From contig JBPGPT010000001.1 of the NCBI GenBank assembly GCA_051047955.1, forward strand, positions 868,001-932,000: a stretch of DNA of 64,000 bases, read 5' to 3'. Source of the stretch: Cystobasidiomycetes sp. EMM_F5 (taxonomy: Eukaryota). Below the pieces are notes generated by a model, which had not been told where the DNA came from, made no database searches, and worked only from the letters and a program-made list of their open reading frames with translations. Shown here piece after piece: positions 48,971 to 61,448 of this stretch (positions are counted from its first letter, which is position 1; every line of letters starts with the position of its first letter). Position numbers and translations under genes: made by a program.

Positions 48971-51900
48971 ATGGCAGTCGTTGGGAAGCGGGCTCGTGTC
49001 AAAAGCTGGATTGCCGGGCAAGAAAATGGCAGCACCGGCCAAATTGAGTCATTCAGTGACTTTGCAGCACCAGCGGGACAGCCAGACGACAGCAGCGACG
49101 ACGAAGATGATATTCATGTCAACGGCGTCAAGCAGAATGGAGTGAACGGCGGCGATGAAGATGCCGCAGACACCGTAGCGGTGGATCCGGCGCAAGATTG
49201 GGATGCATTCGAAGATTTCGCTAGCCGGAGCATAGGCTCATCCAGTACAAACAGTCGCGTCCATTTCCTGTCGGATGTGATGGCTAGGTTGCTCAGAAAG
49301 AATGGTGCGGCATGTCTCTGCGATATTTGAAATAATCTAACATGTCCTTGGGCAAACTATAGTCTTCACGCCACAACAGTCTGCAGCGTTACTACGACTT
49401 TTGATTCCTACGTACTCTGTGTATGTGGATGCCAAATCGAGGGAAGCTTCCCTTGCTGCCCTCGATTCGCTGTTTCGGTCCGACTTGGTGCAGTCTGATG
49501 GGAAGCTGTGCGGCAAAGCTCTTGTGTTTCTCGACTCTGAAGTCAAAGGCAAGGTTGACTCAGCTGCTGGATCTACCGTGTTCGGCCTTCTATCTTGGTC
49601 TGTTACTCTGGCTTCATGCTATGCCAGCCATTATGAAGCAAGCGTTTTAACCAACAATGCGCAAATATGGCCAACTCTTGTCCGTATATTAGCGCTTGCC
49701 TACGATGGTCTGCTCTGTGCAAAGGTAAAGCCTTCCATCAAGAAAGCTGGAAGCGTGCTACTTCGTCGACTGGTCCGCAAGGTACGCGGATCGAAACCCC
49801 AAGCTGGATATGAGCTGATACAGTGATTTTACGACAGAACGCCTCCCTTATCCCACCTTTGTTGAGAGATCTCAGTGGACCAGTGTCTACAATCAAGCCC
49901 GAGCCCCGCAAAGCCGCTCTGCTGGGAGTAGTAATATCCGTCGCCCTGAGATTGAAGCACAGGAAAGGTCTTGCGGACGGGCAAGGTTTACAATGGGTTC
50001 AGGACACCAAAGAGGCAATAATGTCGTACTTTAAAGACAACATCCTCGCTTCGCGCACGGCCCTCCCGCCACATACTCTCATCGCGTTTAACGATTTCGT
50101 TGGCGTCTGTGTCAACGAGGAAGACCTATTTCCGAGTAGCGAGTTGGTCAAGACCATGGAAAGAGCGCTTTTGCGCAATCCCGAGTTCTCCCTGACCGGT
50201 AGGGACAGACTGTATCGTGCCAATAGGAGTAGTGCTAATCCTCGGCTTCCAGCCATCGATGTTTTCTTCACGGCGTATGTCTCTCCTCCGATGCCTCTGG
50301 CCGAAATCTCTGCGAGTCAGCGCGCGCCTGGACACGAGCTGATACGGACGAAGATGCTCCCTTCTATCATGTCTTCGGCAAAATCGGCAAATGCTTTAAC
50401 TCGATCGTCAGCTGCCCTGCTGCTGAATACCCTCATGCAGCCATATTTCCGCGGTAATGCAAGCGATGCTGAATTCGTGCTATCTATTGCGCGAGATATT
50501 GGAAACATCCTGAAGACAGCAAAGACGATCTCGCCCGAACACAGGGCCACATTGTATCAGACTCTGTCAACCTTGATCAATGGCAGCGATGCGAACACCT
50601 TGGCATACATGTCTTTGTACGAGGAGGTCGCAGACGTCGTTGCAGTAACAATGGCTAAAGAAACAAACGAGTCGACACTGAAAGTCGCCTTGGAATTATG
50701 CTGCGCGGCTACAAGTCACCTACTCGCCGCGGATCATGATGCACCGAGCACTTTACAAATCTTGTTAGTAAAAGGTATACAAGACACGAAAGCCAATATC
50801 CGAAGACTATACCTCATGGCAGTGGGCAATCTTCTCTGGGGTTTCGGGAGCACGACAAAATCGTCCTTTTCCTCCAGAAAGCTCGCCAAAGACTGCTTGC
50901 CACCCTATAGCTCGATACTGAAGAATGCGATGACAGCCCCGGCAGGCACTGCTGTCGAGGGCTGGATAGCCGTGGCAGCGGTCCTAGGACCATTTTCGAA
51001 GTTGGAACTCTCCGCTGCAGCTGATAATGCGGCGACGGTGAAAACACTGCTGACAGTCACCCCGAAACCCTCATTCCTGCTGAGCGAGCGTAACTACAAG
51101 AGAATCAGCAATGTAGATGATGAGGTATGGTTATTACGCGCCTTTCAAGCAGTTTTCGACTTTTCCGAGCCTATTCAACGCTGCACAGAGGATTCGTCTC
51201 GAGGTGTTGCAGTGGCGCAGCCGATTCTACATATTGCGGTCAACAGCGCGTCGCATGCAAATCGTGCGCGAGCGTTGACGATTATAACTCACCTGTGTGG
51301 CGAAGAAAGCAACAACTCTCATCGAATAATTCTTGATGCGCTTTTGCGGCAGCTTGCGCAAGATGCTACAGCCGTACAAGCGGAATTTGAGAATGAGAAA
51401 GTCACCGACCGTCGGGCACAGAGTCGGAAGGTCATTGTTGCGATGGCCAGAGCTGGTCGATACAAACCCCAAATTTTAGGCGATTTGCTGGTCGTATGTC
51501 ATCACGAACAGATCGGTAAGTGCTCCGTATGTTATTTTGTATAATCGCGGAACGGCTTGATGACCAGTAAACACGCCACCAGTTGCGGTGAAGCAGCAGA
51601 TATGGGTCGAATTGGTCATATCATGCGGATACGATCTCGGAGCGTATGTCAAAGAGCACTGCAGCCGACTTGTCGCCGAAGTCAACACGTATGCGGGCGT
51701 TGGCGATGTCCAGCTCGCACATGCTGCATATGCAGCCATGGCAACCTTGGCATTTGTGTCTCCACTATTGTATATGCCATTGTTGGTTTCCGAAGCGACC
51801 GCACTGCTGGACGTGGGACGGCTACAATTTATTGGTCCGACAGAAATCGGCATACTTTCCACTCCTGATGGGCAAACCTTCGTTGACGGTATGTCAGAAT

Positions 51901-54900
51901 ACTCTGGCTGTGTGAAATGCGGAAGCAGTCTTACGTTTGTCTATCTTAGTACTGAGCATTAATGCGAAAGCCTCCTCGTCCAGTAGCAAAAACAAGAATG
52001 CTGCACTCGATAAGTGGGATGCAGAGACTCGGAAGGCCATCGAGGCCAAAAGAGGCGCGGGGCTTGCAGCTAAACTTTCGAAGAGCGATCAAAAGCTATT
52101 TGATGATCAAATCAGAGTGGAGGGAGAGACGAGAAGGCGTGTCATCGCAGCACTAGCTGAAACAAGACAAGGTTTCCGTACTATCCAGAGCATTCTGACC
52201 TTGCAGGACGACATTGTGTACCCCTTTGTCCCGCAACTTCTCCATGCCATGCTTCCCGCCGTTTCAATCCCTTTTGCGTCATTCTACGCCCAGGATGCTT
52301 TCAGAGTGTTCATGGTGTGTGACCGGCTGTGGAGAAATCGGATTTTACGATACTGAATTAGCATCTCCTCGGCAGAAATTGTTCGAGCGATGCGACCCGC
52401 GTCTTTCCGAAGTTCGTGCCAGTCTAAGCCTATGCACGTTGAAGGTACACGAATCCCCGGCGGTCCCAGATGACTTCTACACAGAATCTCTCGCCGCGTT
52501 AGTAACCACTATCCTTTATCGACTACGTTTCCAGAGCGAACAATACCCCTTCGCACCGAGTACATTTGCATTGGCATTTCCGCTGATGCGGACTTGTCTC
52601 ATGAGAGGCGGTCTAGGTCTTGCAGTCGATGACGCGGACGGGTTGATGGAGCAGCTGTCTTTATGCCTGGATGTCTTAGCATTTCATGTGCGCAATTGTG
52701 AGTGTCGGCTGCTGTCTGTCGTTGTCAACCAGCTGACACTTAGCCCAGTCGCGGATACAGCATACCCGCGTCTTATAGTTATAAATACTTTGACATACTC
52801 TCTCCTCAAATACCCTTCGCTTGCGCGTGTCGCATCTCAGGCGCTGATTGATCTAGGTGCTGCGATCAGCAAAAATTCGACAAGCGATGAGCATGCAGCA
52901 TTACTGCATAGCCTCCTCGTTGACGAGAGTACCGTCCGACATGCCTGTTTACAGGCTTTGGTAGTGAGTGGTCGACCGTGGGAAAGGTAAAAGATGCTAA
53001 GTGCGCTTGGCAGCCTCTGGATCTCACCGACTTAGAGTACTCTCAGGAGCTCTGGGTTGCCATTCATGACACGGACGAGCGTAATCATCAGATTGCCATG
53101 GATATCTGGGAGGAAAATGGGCTAGATCTTAGCCGGAATGTCGCGGCAAATCTTCTGCCGTTATTAGGTTGGGCGGACCGTGCTTGCCGCATGCTTGTAA
53201 GCTGACGAAGCATCTCCGTATCAGGACATCAAAACTCTTTCGTCCGCGGTGCAACAGCTCGGGCCATAGCAGATGCTGCCGCTCAACAACCACAAAGTAT
53301 CGGGACAACTCTGAGTCTACTCGATGCGGCGTACATTTCATCGGCTAAGGAGGTGCTGCCCGAATACGATCAATTCGGAATGCTTGTACACGCTTCGCTC
53401 GATCAAGAAGACCCTTGGAAAACACGTGTTGCTCAGGCTGAGGCCTTACGGAACATGGCGCACCTATGGGGTCCAGCCGAAGTCGTAACCCTTTTTGAAA
53501 TGTTGATTGATGGCGGCGCCCTCGGTGACAGAGTCGAAGCTGTCCGCACGAGAATGCTAGAGGTAATTGGTCGATCATCTCACAGACTCAAGAGTCGATT
53601 TCTGATTCATATAATCTTAGGTGGGCACCCACGCAATTGATGCTCAAGGTAAACCAAATCTACAACCTTTGATGGACCGCTTCCAGACGTATCTGGCCAA
53701 AACGCACCCGCCAAATGACGTGGGCGATCGCATCACCGAAACGGTCATTGTTCTCTTTGGACGACTAGCACAACACTTAGATTCGGGCGATGAACGTGTC
53801 CAGGGTGTATTGGATCGTCTCCTAGAAGCCCTGAAGACCCCGTCGGAGATGGTACAGATCGCGGTAGCGGAATGCCTTCCAGCGTTGATGAAAGCCAATC
53901 CGAACCGCAGCGACAAGGTGATAGAGCAGCTTCTTCGCCAGACGACGGCGTCTGTCTCGTATGCTGAACGTCGAGGGGCTGCATATGGCTTGGCCGGGGC
54001 TGTAAAGGGTCGCGGTATCAGTGCCGTGAAAGATCTGGAAATAATCCAACGTTTAGAGGATGCGACCGAAGAGAAGAAGAATGCAAATGCTCGACAAGGT
54101 GCTATATTCGCGTTCGAGACCCTGTCAAGCAATCTCGGACGTCTCTTCGAGCCATACATTGTCAAAATACTTCCGCTACTGCTAGCTTGCTTCGGCGACA
54201 GTTCGGCAGATGTCAGGGAAGCAACGTCAGATGCAGCGAAGGTTATCATGAGCCGATTATCGGGCCATGCTGTCAAGCTCATCCTGCCGATCCTGCTAAA
54301 CAGCTTAAACGATCGACGTGAGCGTACTCCAGAAAAGCTGGGCGGCCAGCACTGATTTTGCCTGCTTGTAGAATGGAGAACGAAGAAGGGAGCTATCGAG
54401 CTTATGGGCAGTATGGCCTATCTGGCACCAAGGCAACTCTCGCACTTCTTGCCGACGCTGCTGCCTCTGCTAACGGAAACGCTTACCGATACCCACGCGC
54501 AAGTCCGAGCAGCAGCCAACGCAAGTCTGAAGCGATTTGGAGAAGTAAGCGATCACTGCAGAATTGAATTGTTTCACCTAACATCGCTTACTGACTCGTG
54601 GATCCAGGTCATTGACAATCCTGAAATAAAAGCACTGCAGTCCACATTACTTGGGGCCCTTGTCGATCCTACGAAGAGGACAGGGAAAGCTCTCGACTCG
54701 CTCCTGAAAACGTCGTTCGTACATTATATTGACGCGTCTTCTTTGGCTTTGGTATGTCTCGCAACGGAGTCAATGAACAATACCAGAAATTGTTCCTGAT
54801 GCTCATCTTATGTCCCCAGATAATTCCAATAATCGAGCGAGCTCTGCGAGAGCGTGCGACGGAACTAAAGCGCAAGGGAGCGCAGATCGTCGGCAACATG

Positions 54901-57899
54901 GCTTCTCTCACCGAGTCGAAAGATTTGATCTACTATCTCCCACAACTTATCCCACGCGTCCGCGAAGTTCTGGTCGATCCAGTTCCTGAAGCTCGCGCTA
55001 CGGCTGCAAAATCCCTCGGTGTATTGATTGAGCGGCTTGGAGAAGATGCTTTCCCTACGATGGTTGAAGACTTGATGAGAGTGCTAAAATCAGATATGTC
55101 TGGAGTAGACCAACAGGGCGCTGCGCAAGGCTTGGCCGAAGTGCTCTCTGGACTCGGAGTCGACCGAATGGAATCAATGTTGCCCGACATAATATCGTTT
55201 ACCGCATCCGCCAGATCATACGTAAGAGAGGGCTTCATCTCTCTTCTCGTATATCTGCCCTCGGTTTTCGGCGAACGCTTTTCACCATACTTGAATCGCA
55301 TTATTCAGCCAATCCTGAGTGGGTTGGCAGATGACTCAGAATACGTCCGTGAAGGTTAGTGGATGTGTTGCAGTGATGAATATTCAGCTGACTCCCGTCT
55401 TAGCGTCCATGCGGGCGGGCCGAATGATCGTGGCCAACCACTCTCACAAAGCTATCGACCTTCTCTTGCCAGAACTTGAAACGGGACTCTTCGATCCGCG
55501 CTGGCGCATCAGACTTTCGTCCATACAGCTGGTCGGCGAACTTCTCTTCCGTATCTCTGGCATTAGTGGAAAGTCTGACATGGAAGAAGAGGTCAACGAA
55601 GATGAAGATTCGTATACTAATAACGCGGAGGCTGCCAAGAAGATGCTGGAAGTACTCGGTAAAGAACGCCGTGATCGTGTACTGGCAGCAATCTACATAA
55701 TGCGGCAGGACTTCGCAGGCCAGGTCCGCATGTTCTCGCTGACAGTGTGGAAGACCCTGGTGTCGAATACGCCACGAACTGTGCGAGATATGCTGGCGGC
55801 ACTGAGTAAGCCTCTCTTGCTTCACAGGTCATACGAGAAAGGGCTAACCCACTGATATGCCCAGTGCAAATAATTATTCGTCTCTTGTCGGCTGATGGCG
55901 AGGAACAAAGAGAGACCGCAGCCAGAACGCTTGGCGAGTCAGTTGCATGCCCTTCGCGAACCATTCAACCGCTGTGCTGAATCGTTTCGTCATAGATTAT
56001 GCCGCAAGCAAGGTGACAGAATTTTGGGCGATATTATCCCGATCTTGCAGCAAGCTTCTTCTGGATCAGCAGTCACACGGCAAGGCTGTTGCCTGGCATT
56101 TGCCGAGATGCTTGCCACAACCAGCGCAACTCAGCTGGAGGGATAGTACGTGACTCTGTGACGAACGTAGTCCGCGCATGACTGACCTCCTGCATTACTC
56201 AGCGAGGACGCTATCATCAATTCGGTTCGCGCAGCTCTCGTCGACGAGAATGCATCTGTCCGACAGGCCGCAGCGCAAGCATTCGATGCTTTACAGACGC
56301 AATTAGGAGCGCAGGCGATCGATCAAACAATACCTACCCTCTTGGTAGCCCTGACTCAGGGCGGAGGCGCGAGTGGCGCTGCCTTGTCAGCTTTGCGAGA
56401 ACTGTATGTTGCAGCGGCTCTCAACCAGGTCTGGTGTCTAACCTTTTCTTACCGGCAGAATGGCGGTACGCTCGCAAGCTATCTTCCCAATCCTTATCCC
56501 TGCACTTATAGCTCAGCCTATTTCGGCGTTCAATGCCAAGTCTTTGGCATCACTGGTCGTCGTTGCTGGCGACGCCCTGAATAGGCGATTGTCTTTGATC
56601 CTGGACGCTCTTCAACAGAGCCGCGACCAAGAGACAGACGAGAATACAAGAAGCGAGCTCGACAACGCCATCCGTGCCGTCTTGTCCTCTGTCCGTGACG
56701 TGGACGGCCTACACCAGCTCATGCTACACTTGCTCGCTCTGGCCAAGGATCCTCGCGCCGGCAAGCGGATCGGTGGATGCCGGTTGTTTGCAACATTCTG
56801 CGAAGTCTCCGAAGAGGATGCTTCGGCGTACGATATCGACTGGATTAGGCAGCTCCTAGCACTTGCAGAAGACGACGTGCCGGAAGTTAACGAGGCAGCT
56901 GGTGATGCTATGGCAGCTCTAGCGAAGACTTTCACAAAAGAGCAGATGGAGAACTTGTCGGTACCCTTAAGGCGAACGATCGACAACCTTGGTCCGCCGG
57001 GTCGTGAAATCGCAGGCTTCTGCCGTCCTGGCGGTCTCAAACCTATTCTTATTATTCTCATTCAGGGCTTGCTGGCTGGCACGAATGAGCAGCGCGAACA
57101 GTCGGCATTCGGCCTCGGCGATGTCGTGGAACGTACGGCCATCGACGCTTTGAAACCGTACGTGACGCAAATCACCGGGCCACTGATTCGAATAATTGCC
57201 GAAAGATACCCGCCTCCCGTGAAAGCTGCAATCCTCTCCACCCTAACGATTCTGCTGGTGCGAGTACCTCAATTCGTCCGCCCGTTCTTTCCCCAACTTC
57301 AGCGCACCTTTGTCAAGAATCTCGCCGAGGTTGCCAGTTCAGTAGTCCGAAGCAAAGCCGCCACTGGCCTCGGAGCGCTCATGTTGCATCAACCTCGTAT
57401 CGACCCACTCATTACAGAGCTGGTAAATGGTACAAGCCATGACGAGTCTGACATCAGGGATGCCATGTCAGCAGCTTTGGCGAATGTCGTACAAGCCGGA
57501 GGGCCCAACATGAGTGTGTCATCGCGCGAAGCGGTCGCAGATGTCGTCAGAAGAGCCTTGGAGGAACCTGGCAAGGACAATTACAATAATAGCATAGCGC
57601 GGGTCTTGGCATACTTGCTAATGCACGAGATCCCGCATGCGAAGCCTCTCGTGTTATCAGTCTACGAGGGTAGTTCGACCAACATCAGCAGTACCACCCT
57701 GACTATCTGTCTGGAGATCGCGCCAAGTCAGCTCTATAAACTAAGCCCAGTGACGCCAACAGCTGTGGTCAATCGAATTCTGAAGAGTGTGGTGAATGAA
57801 CAGCCGGGTATCGCAAGGCCGGCAAGGGAAGCTCGTGAGTTGCTCAAGAATAGTATGCCGTGGTCGGACGACGAGCAGGTGCAGTCTAGGTTAGCTTGA
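48971..57899 (+). CDS. GCN1: Translational activator Gcn1 (HEAT repeats)
   Basis: [88 protein letters not shown]; ~9 kb with many introns. Confidence 0.96.
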
Positions 57900-58037
57900 T
57901 ATTCGATGTACTCGAAATGCAATACGCTGGCAAGTCTTGCTAACATGACCAAAGCGCCGTATGCTTGGAGTTTCTGTTGAGATGTCACAGTCTGCTCCGA
58001 TACATTATGCTAGCCTTGCCGTTGTCATTTTTGCTGT

Positions 58038-58577
58038 TTACTTTTTGGCAGCTTTACTTTGAGCCTTAGCTTCATCCTTTTTGCGAATCTCCTCTGATGA
58101 TAGTGTCAAGTATATCAGCAAAATATAAAGGTGATTATGCTTTGCGCTACATACCCTCCTCCTCATTCAGGATCTGCTCATCGATTTTCGCTCCTTTGCT
58201 GGGTTCGTTGCCTGGTAATGTGAATCAGAACACAATATAAAGGCCGAGCTAGACTACCCGAGCATACCGTGAGACTCTGCGATAGCGGTTGGCTTTTTCG
58301 CGAGCATCTCCTTCTCCCTTTCCTTCTCGTCCTCTTCTTTGTCGGCGGCCTTCTCGGCATTTGCTCGACCGCTGAGCGACCTCGAATCCTTTGGGTCAGT
58401 GCCCTTGTGCGATCCTTCTACACCCTCTTCAAAACGCGGACCGGTGTGCTCATCAGCCTTTGTAGGGTGCGGGTGCTGGTCACCATCTGCCATGTGGGCA
58501 TCGGCGTGTCTGTTGCGAAAACTGAGTATTAAGTTCGTCTCTTCGAAGTTATTTACTCACGCTACGGTAGTGGACAT
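58038..58577 (-). CDS. Small hydrophilic fungal protein
   Basis: ...DPKDSRSLSGRANAE...KPTAIAESHG|NEPSKGAKIDEQILNEEE|EEIRKKDEAK; canonical introns keep the frame; the HGNEPSKGAKID motif looks like a recurrent fungal hypothetical family (from memory). Confidence 0.75.
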
Positions 58578-59698
58578 GTTTGGGAAAGTAGGTGCGGGTT
58601 CGGCGCTTGAGGAGACACGACAGCAAAGCCTGGACACTTTCTTCCATCACCACAGGATTGTGATCGAGGTGCCGACTTTCTGCCACTACGTCATCCAAGT
58701 ACTCCAGCTAGAATATGTAATGAACGAGCACCTCTGAAGCGACAGCTCAATCTCGCAACACGACATTAATACAGGATCGTCTTCGGAAACGTAGCGCTTG
58801 ATTATCGAAGTGACACAGTTGCTGAAATCACGGGCGAATCTTGGCGGTAACCGACTAACAGATTCATAATGAACTTGATTCGCAGAAATGCGTCAGTACT
58901 CTTGCTCGTTAGGATTGCGGAGTTTATAAGATTGCGGGGACCAGTACATGTACAGCCAGTGCAACCGGGCTCAGGAGTCACTTAAAAATTGCAATTCAAT
59001 TCGAATATTGGTGCGCGGGAAAAATCTTGCTACACACCGAACGTTATGATGATACGCAAGAACGATATGCTTGTGGTCATGTTTGACGCGACATCATGTA
59101 GCTGTAACGAGTGGCAAAAACAGTGTGACACGTAAGATATTCGAAATCTTGATCTTCTGTGTGCTCGCAAAAGCAAGTGAAACAGACGCTTTACCACTAA
59201 GCTAACATGCCGTAGATTAAGATCATCCGTATTGTATACTATATCAACTATACAAAGGCCATTTTCGCACCCGTTCAAGCGAAATCTTCTTTTAGAATTA
59301 CAGCGTTACATAACGTCTCCAGCTTCAGCGTAGTATGTGTGAACTCATTATTTCGTTGCTCTTTCTTGACTCCAGCTGAATACCGCCACTTGCATATATA
59401 ATTTTGTACCTGGTCTTCGACACTGGAGCAGCTCCGCTGACTACAACAGCCAAGCCAATAGATTTATGTTTACCTGAATAGCTTCTACCCTCAATGCAGC
59501 TGCCATCGCACGGCAAGAATCATATCAATAATATTGTGTCAGGCACATCGCATTCATTTGGGCACCGACTTGTAACGTAATATACTCGTGTGCTGGATTT
59601 CTCCCTCCAAAACGCACAGTGTGCAACCCAGCTACACAGTCTAATGGCCGATGCTATGACCTGAACTGAGCAAAGCGCTGCACTCAAAGCCTTCAAAC

Positions 59699-61132
59699 AT
59701 GGACTCCATTCGCTCGGAGGTCTCACTAAAAGACCGCGTCATTGCAGACATCTACTTTGAGCGGCAGGAGCCAGATTCGTCGCTGTGCGCACAGCACTGT
59801 CTCAATGCGCTGCTGCAAGATGCAATGTACACTGCAGCCGACCTTGCAGACGTTGCGAAACAGCTCGACCAACGTGAAGCGGACGCGCGTGGCGAAGCAA
59901 CAACATCATATGCAACTGCTACAAGGGCCGCGAACCCTTCCGGTAGCAGCAGACGTCGACAAGCTTCTCCGACGCCTATAGACAGGTTCGGTCAACCCAG
60001 CTACCTCAATGCAGACCAAAGTCGCAACATGGACGACAGCGGATTCTTTTCAGTACAGGTCATGGATGAAGCGTTGCAGAATTTTGGGTTGCAATTAGTC
60101 CGGTGGAGAAGCGAGCATATGCGGTCACTGCACGATGCGCCAGAGTAAGCTGATTCGAAGTCTGAAAATCGTTTCTTGGTCTCTTCTGACTACGTCAAGT
60201 TAGGCAGCAGGAAGCGTTTGTATTCAACCTGTTGGTCTTATCGTCCTGCCGGCGATGAAAATGGACTAAAGCATGCTGTGCAGCTCGCAACACTGGTTTG
60301 TCATCCGCCGTTTCGGCCATAGCAAGCACTTCTGGTTTGACTGTGCGCATATTGTCTACACGGCTGCTGCGAAGCTGAACAAATGTCATCAGTAAACTCA
60401 TTTCATCCCCGGCCAAAACACGTCTCTCCGCTTTATCTCGGTCTGCAGATTGATCAGGCGGAAAATGAAGGTTACAGCGTGTTTGCAGTCATGATGCGAA
60501 AGAATGAGACCATCGACAGCCCAACACTACCGCAATGTTTGGCAGACGCGGCCGTTTTTGCGCTAGCTCAAGAAGGACGCGTTCTGAATGGCTTCCATAC
60601 GAGTGCAGCGGGCGATGACCGCAGGGGCACTGCAGTCGTTGACGACGAGTCGGTATTTACAAGCACCGGTTCTGGTCCACAATTTTCACGAAGCGGATTT
60701 GGCAACGAAGACGAGGAACTCAATAGGGCTATTGAGGCGTCTCTGCAAAGCAATACCGCCTCGACGAGCGGCAGTGGGTACTCTCCTGCCAACTATGGCG
60801 CGCAGTTTGCGTCAACCGGTGCACAATCAACATCTAGTAGCATTCCTGATTTCGATATGACTGAAGACCCAGAGTTGGCGGCTGCGATAGCTGCTAGTCT
60901 CGAGACATCCAAACACGAACCTCCGCAAAGTGATGCAAATCTTAGCGAAGATGTCAACGTATGGGCGGAAGAAGGAGAGGACGAGGATATCTCTTATGAC
61001 GAAGAAGCGACAAAAGGTCCTGCGGGGCCACGGGGAACAACCGTCGAGTCGGCCGAACCAGCGCATGACGTAGAGGAAGAGGTGCTTACGGCAGATGAGA
61101 TTCGGAGACGAAGACTAGCTAGGTTTGCGTAG
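59699..61132 (+). CDS. Ataxin-3-like Josephin deubiquitinase with UIMs
   Basis: YFERQ...LCAQHCLNALLQ (catalytic Cys), NMDDSGFFSVQV, QHWF (His), WFD.NS (Asn); UIMs EDEELNRAIEASL and EDPELAAAIAASL; C-terminal EIRRRRLARF. Confidence 0.93.
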
Positions 61133-61148
61133 CAGAGGTACTATTAGA

Positions 61149-61178
61149 CGTTGTCTACTTCGTCGTTGTCTACTTCGT
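61149..61178. repeat. 15-bp tandem duplication CGTTGTCTACTTCGT x2
   Basis: Read directly, just downstream of the ataxin-3 stop codon. Confidence 0.9.
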
Positions 61179-61448
61179 CCTGATGAAGATTCAGCCACTT
61201 GATGCGCCAAATTATTGCAAAACGAGCATCAGTGGCCACTCAATCTTGGATGGAGGGCATGCAGAGCTTGCGGAGCTGCTATTAAAACATAGCCAATACC
61301 TGAGATACTGCCCACATCTGCCTACCGTTACGTCCAACAAAGTCAAGAGTCGCAGCCGCCCTTAGCCGTCGCTGTCACTTGCCGCTGGTGGCTCATCAGC
61401 TGTTGCAGCTTCAGGGTTCAACAGCAAAATTGGATCAGAGCTGCCAGT

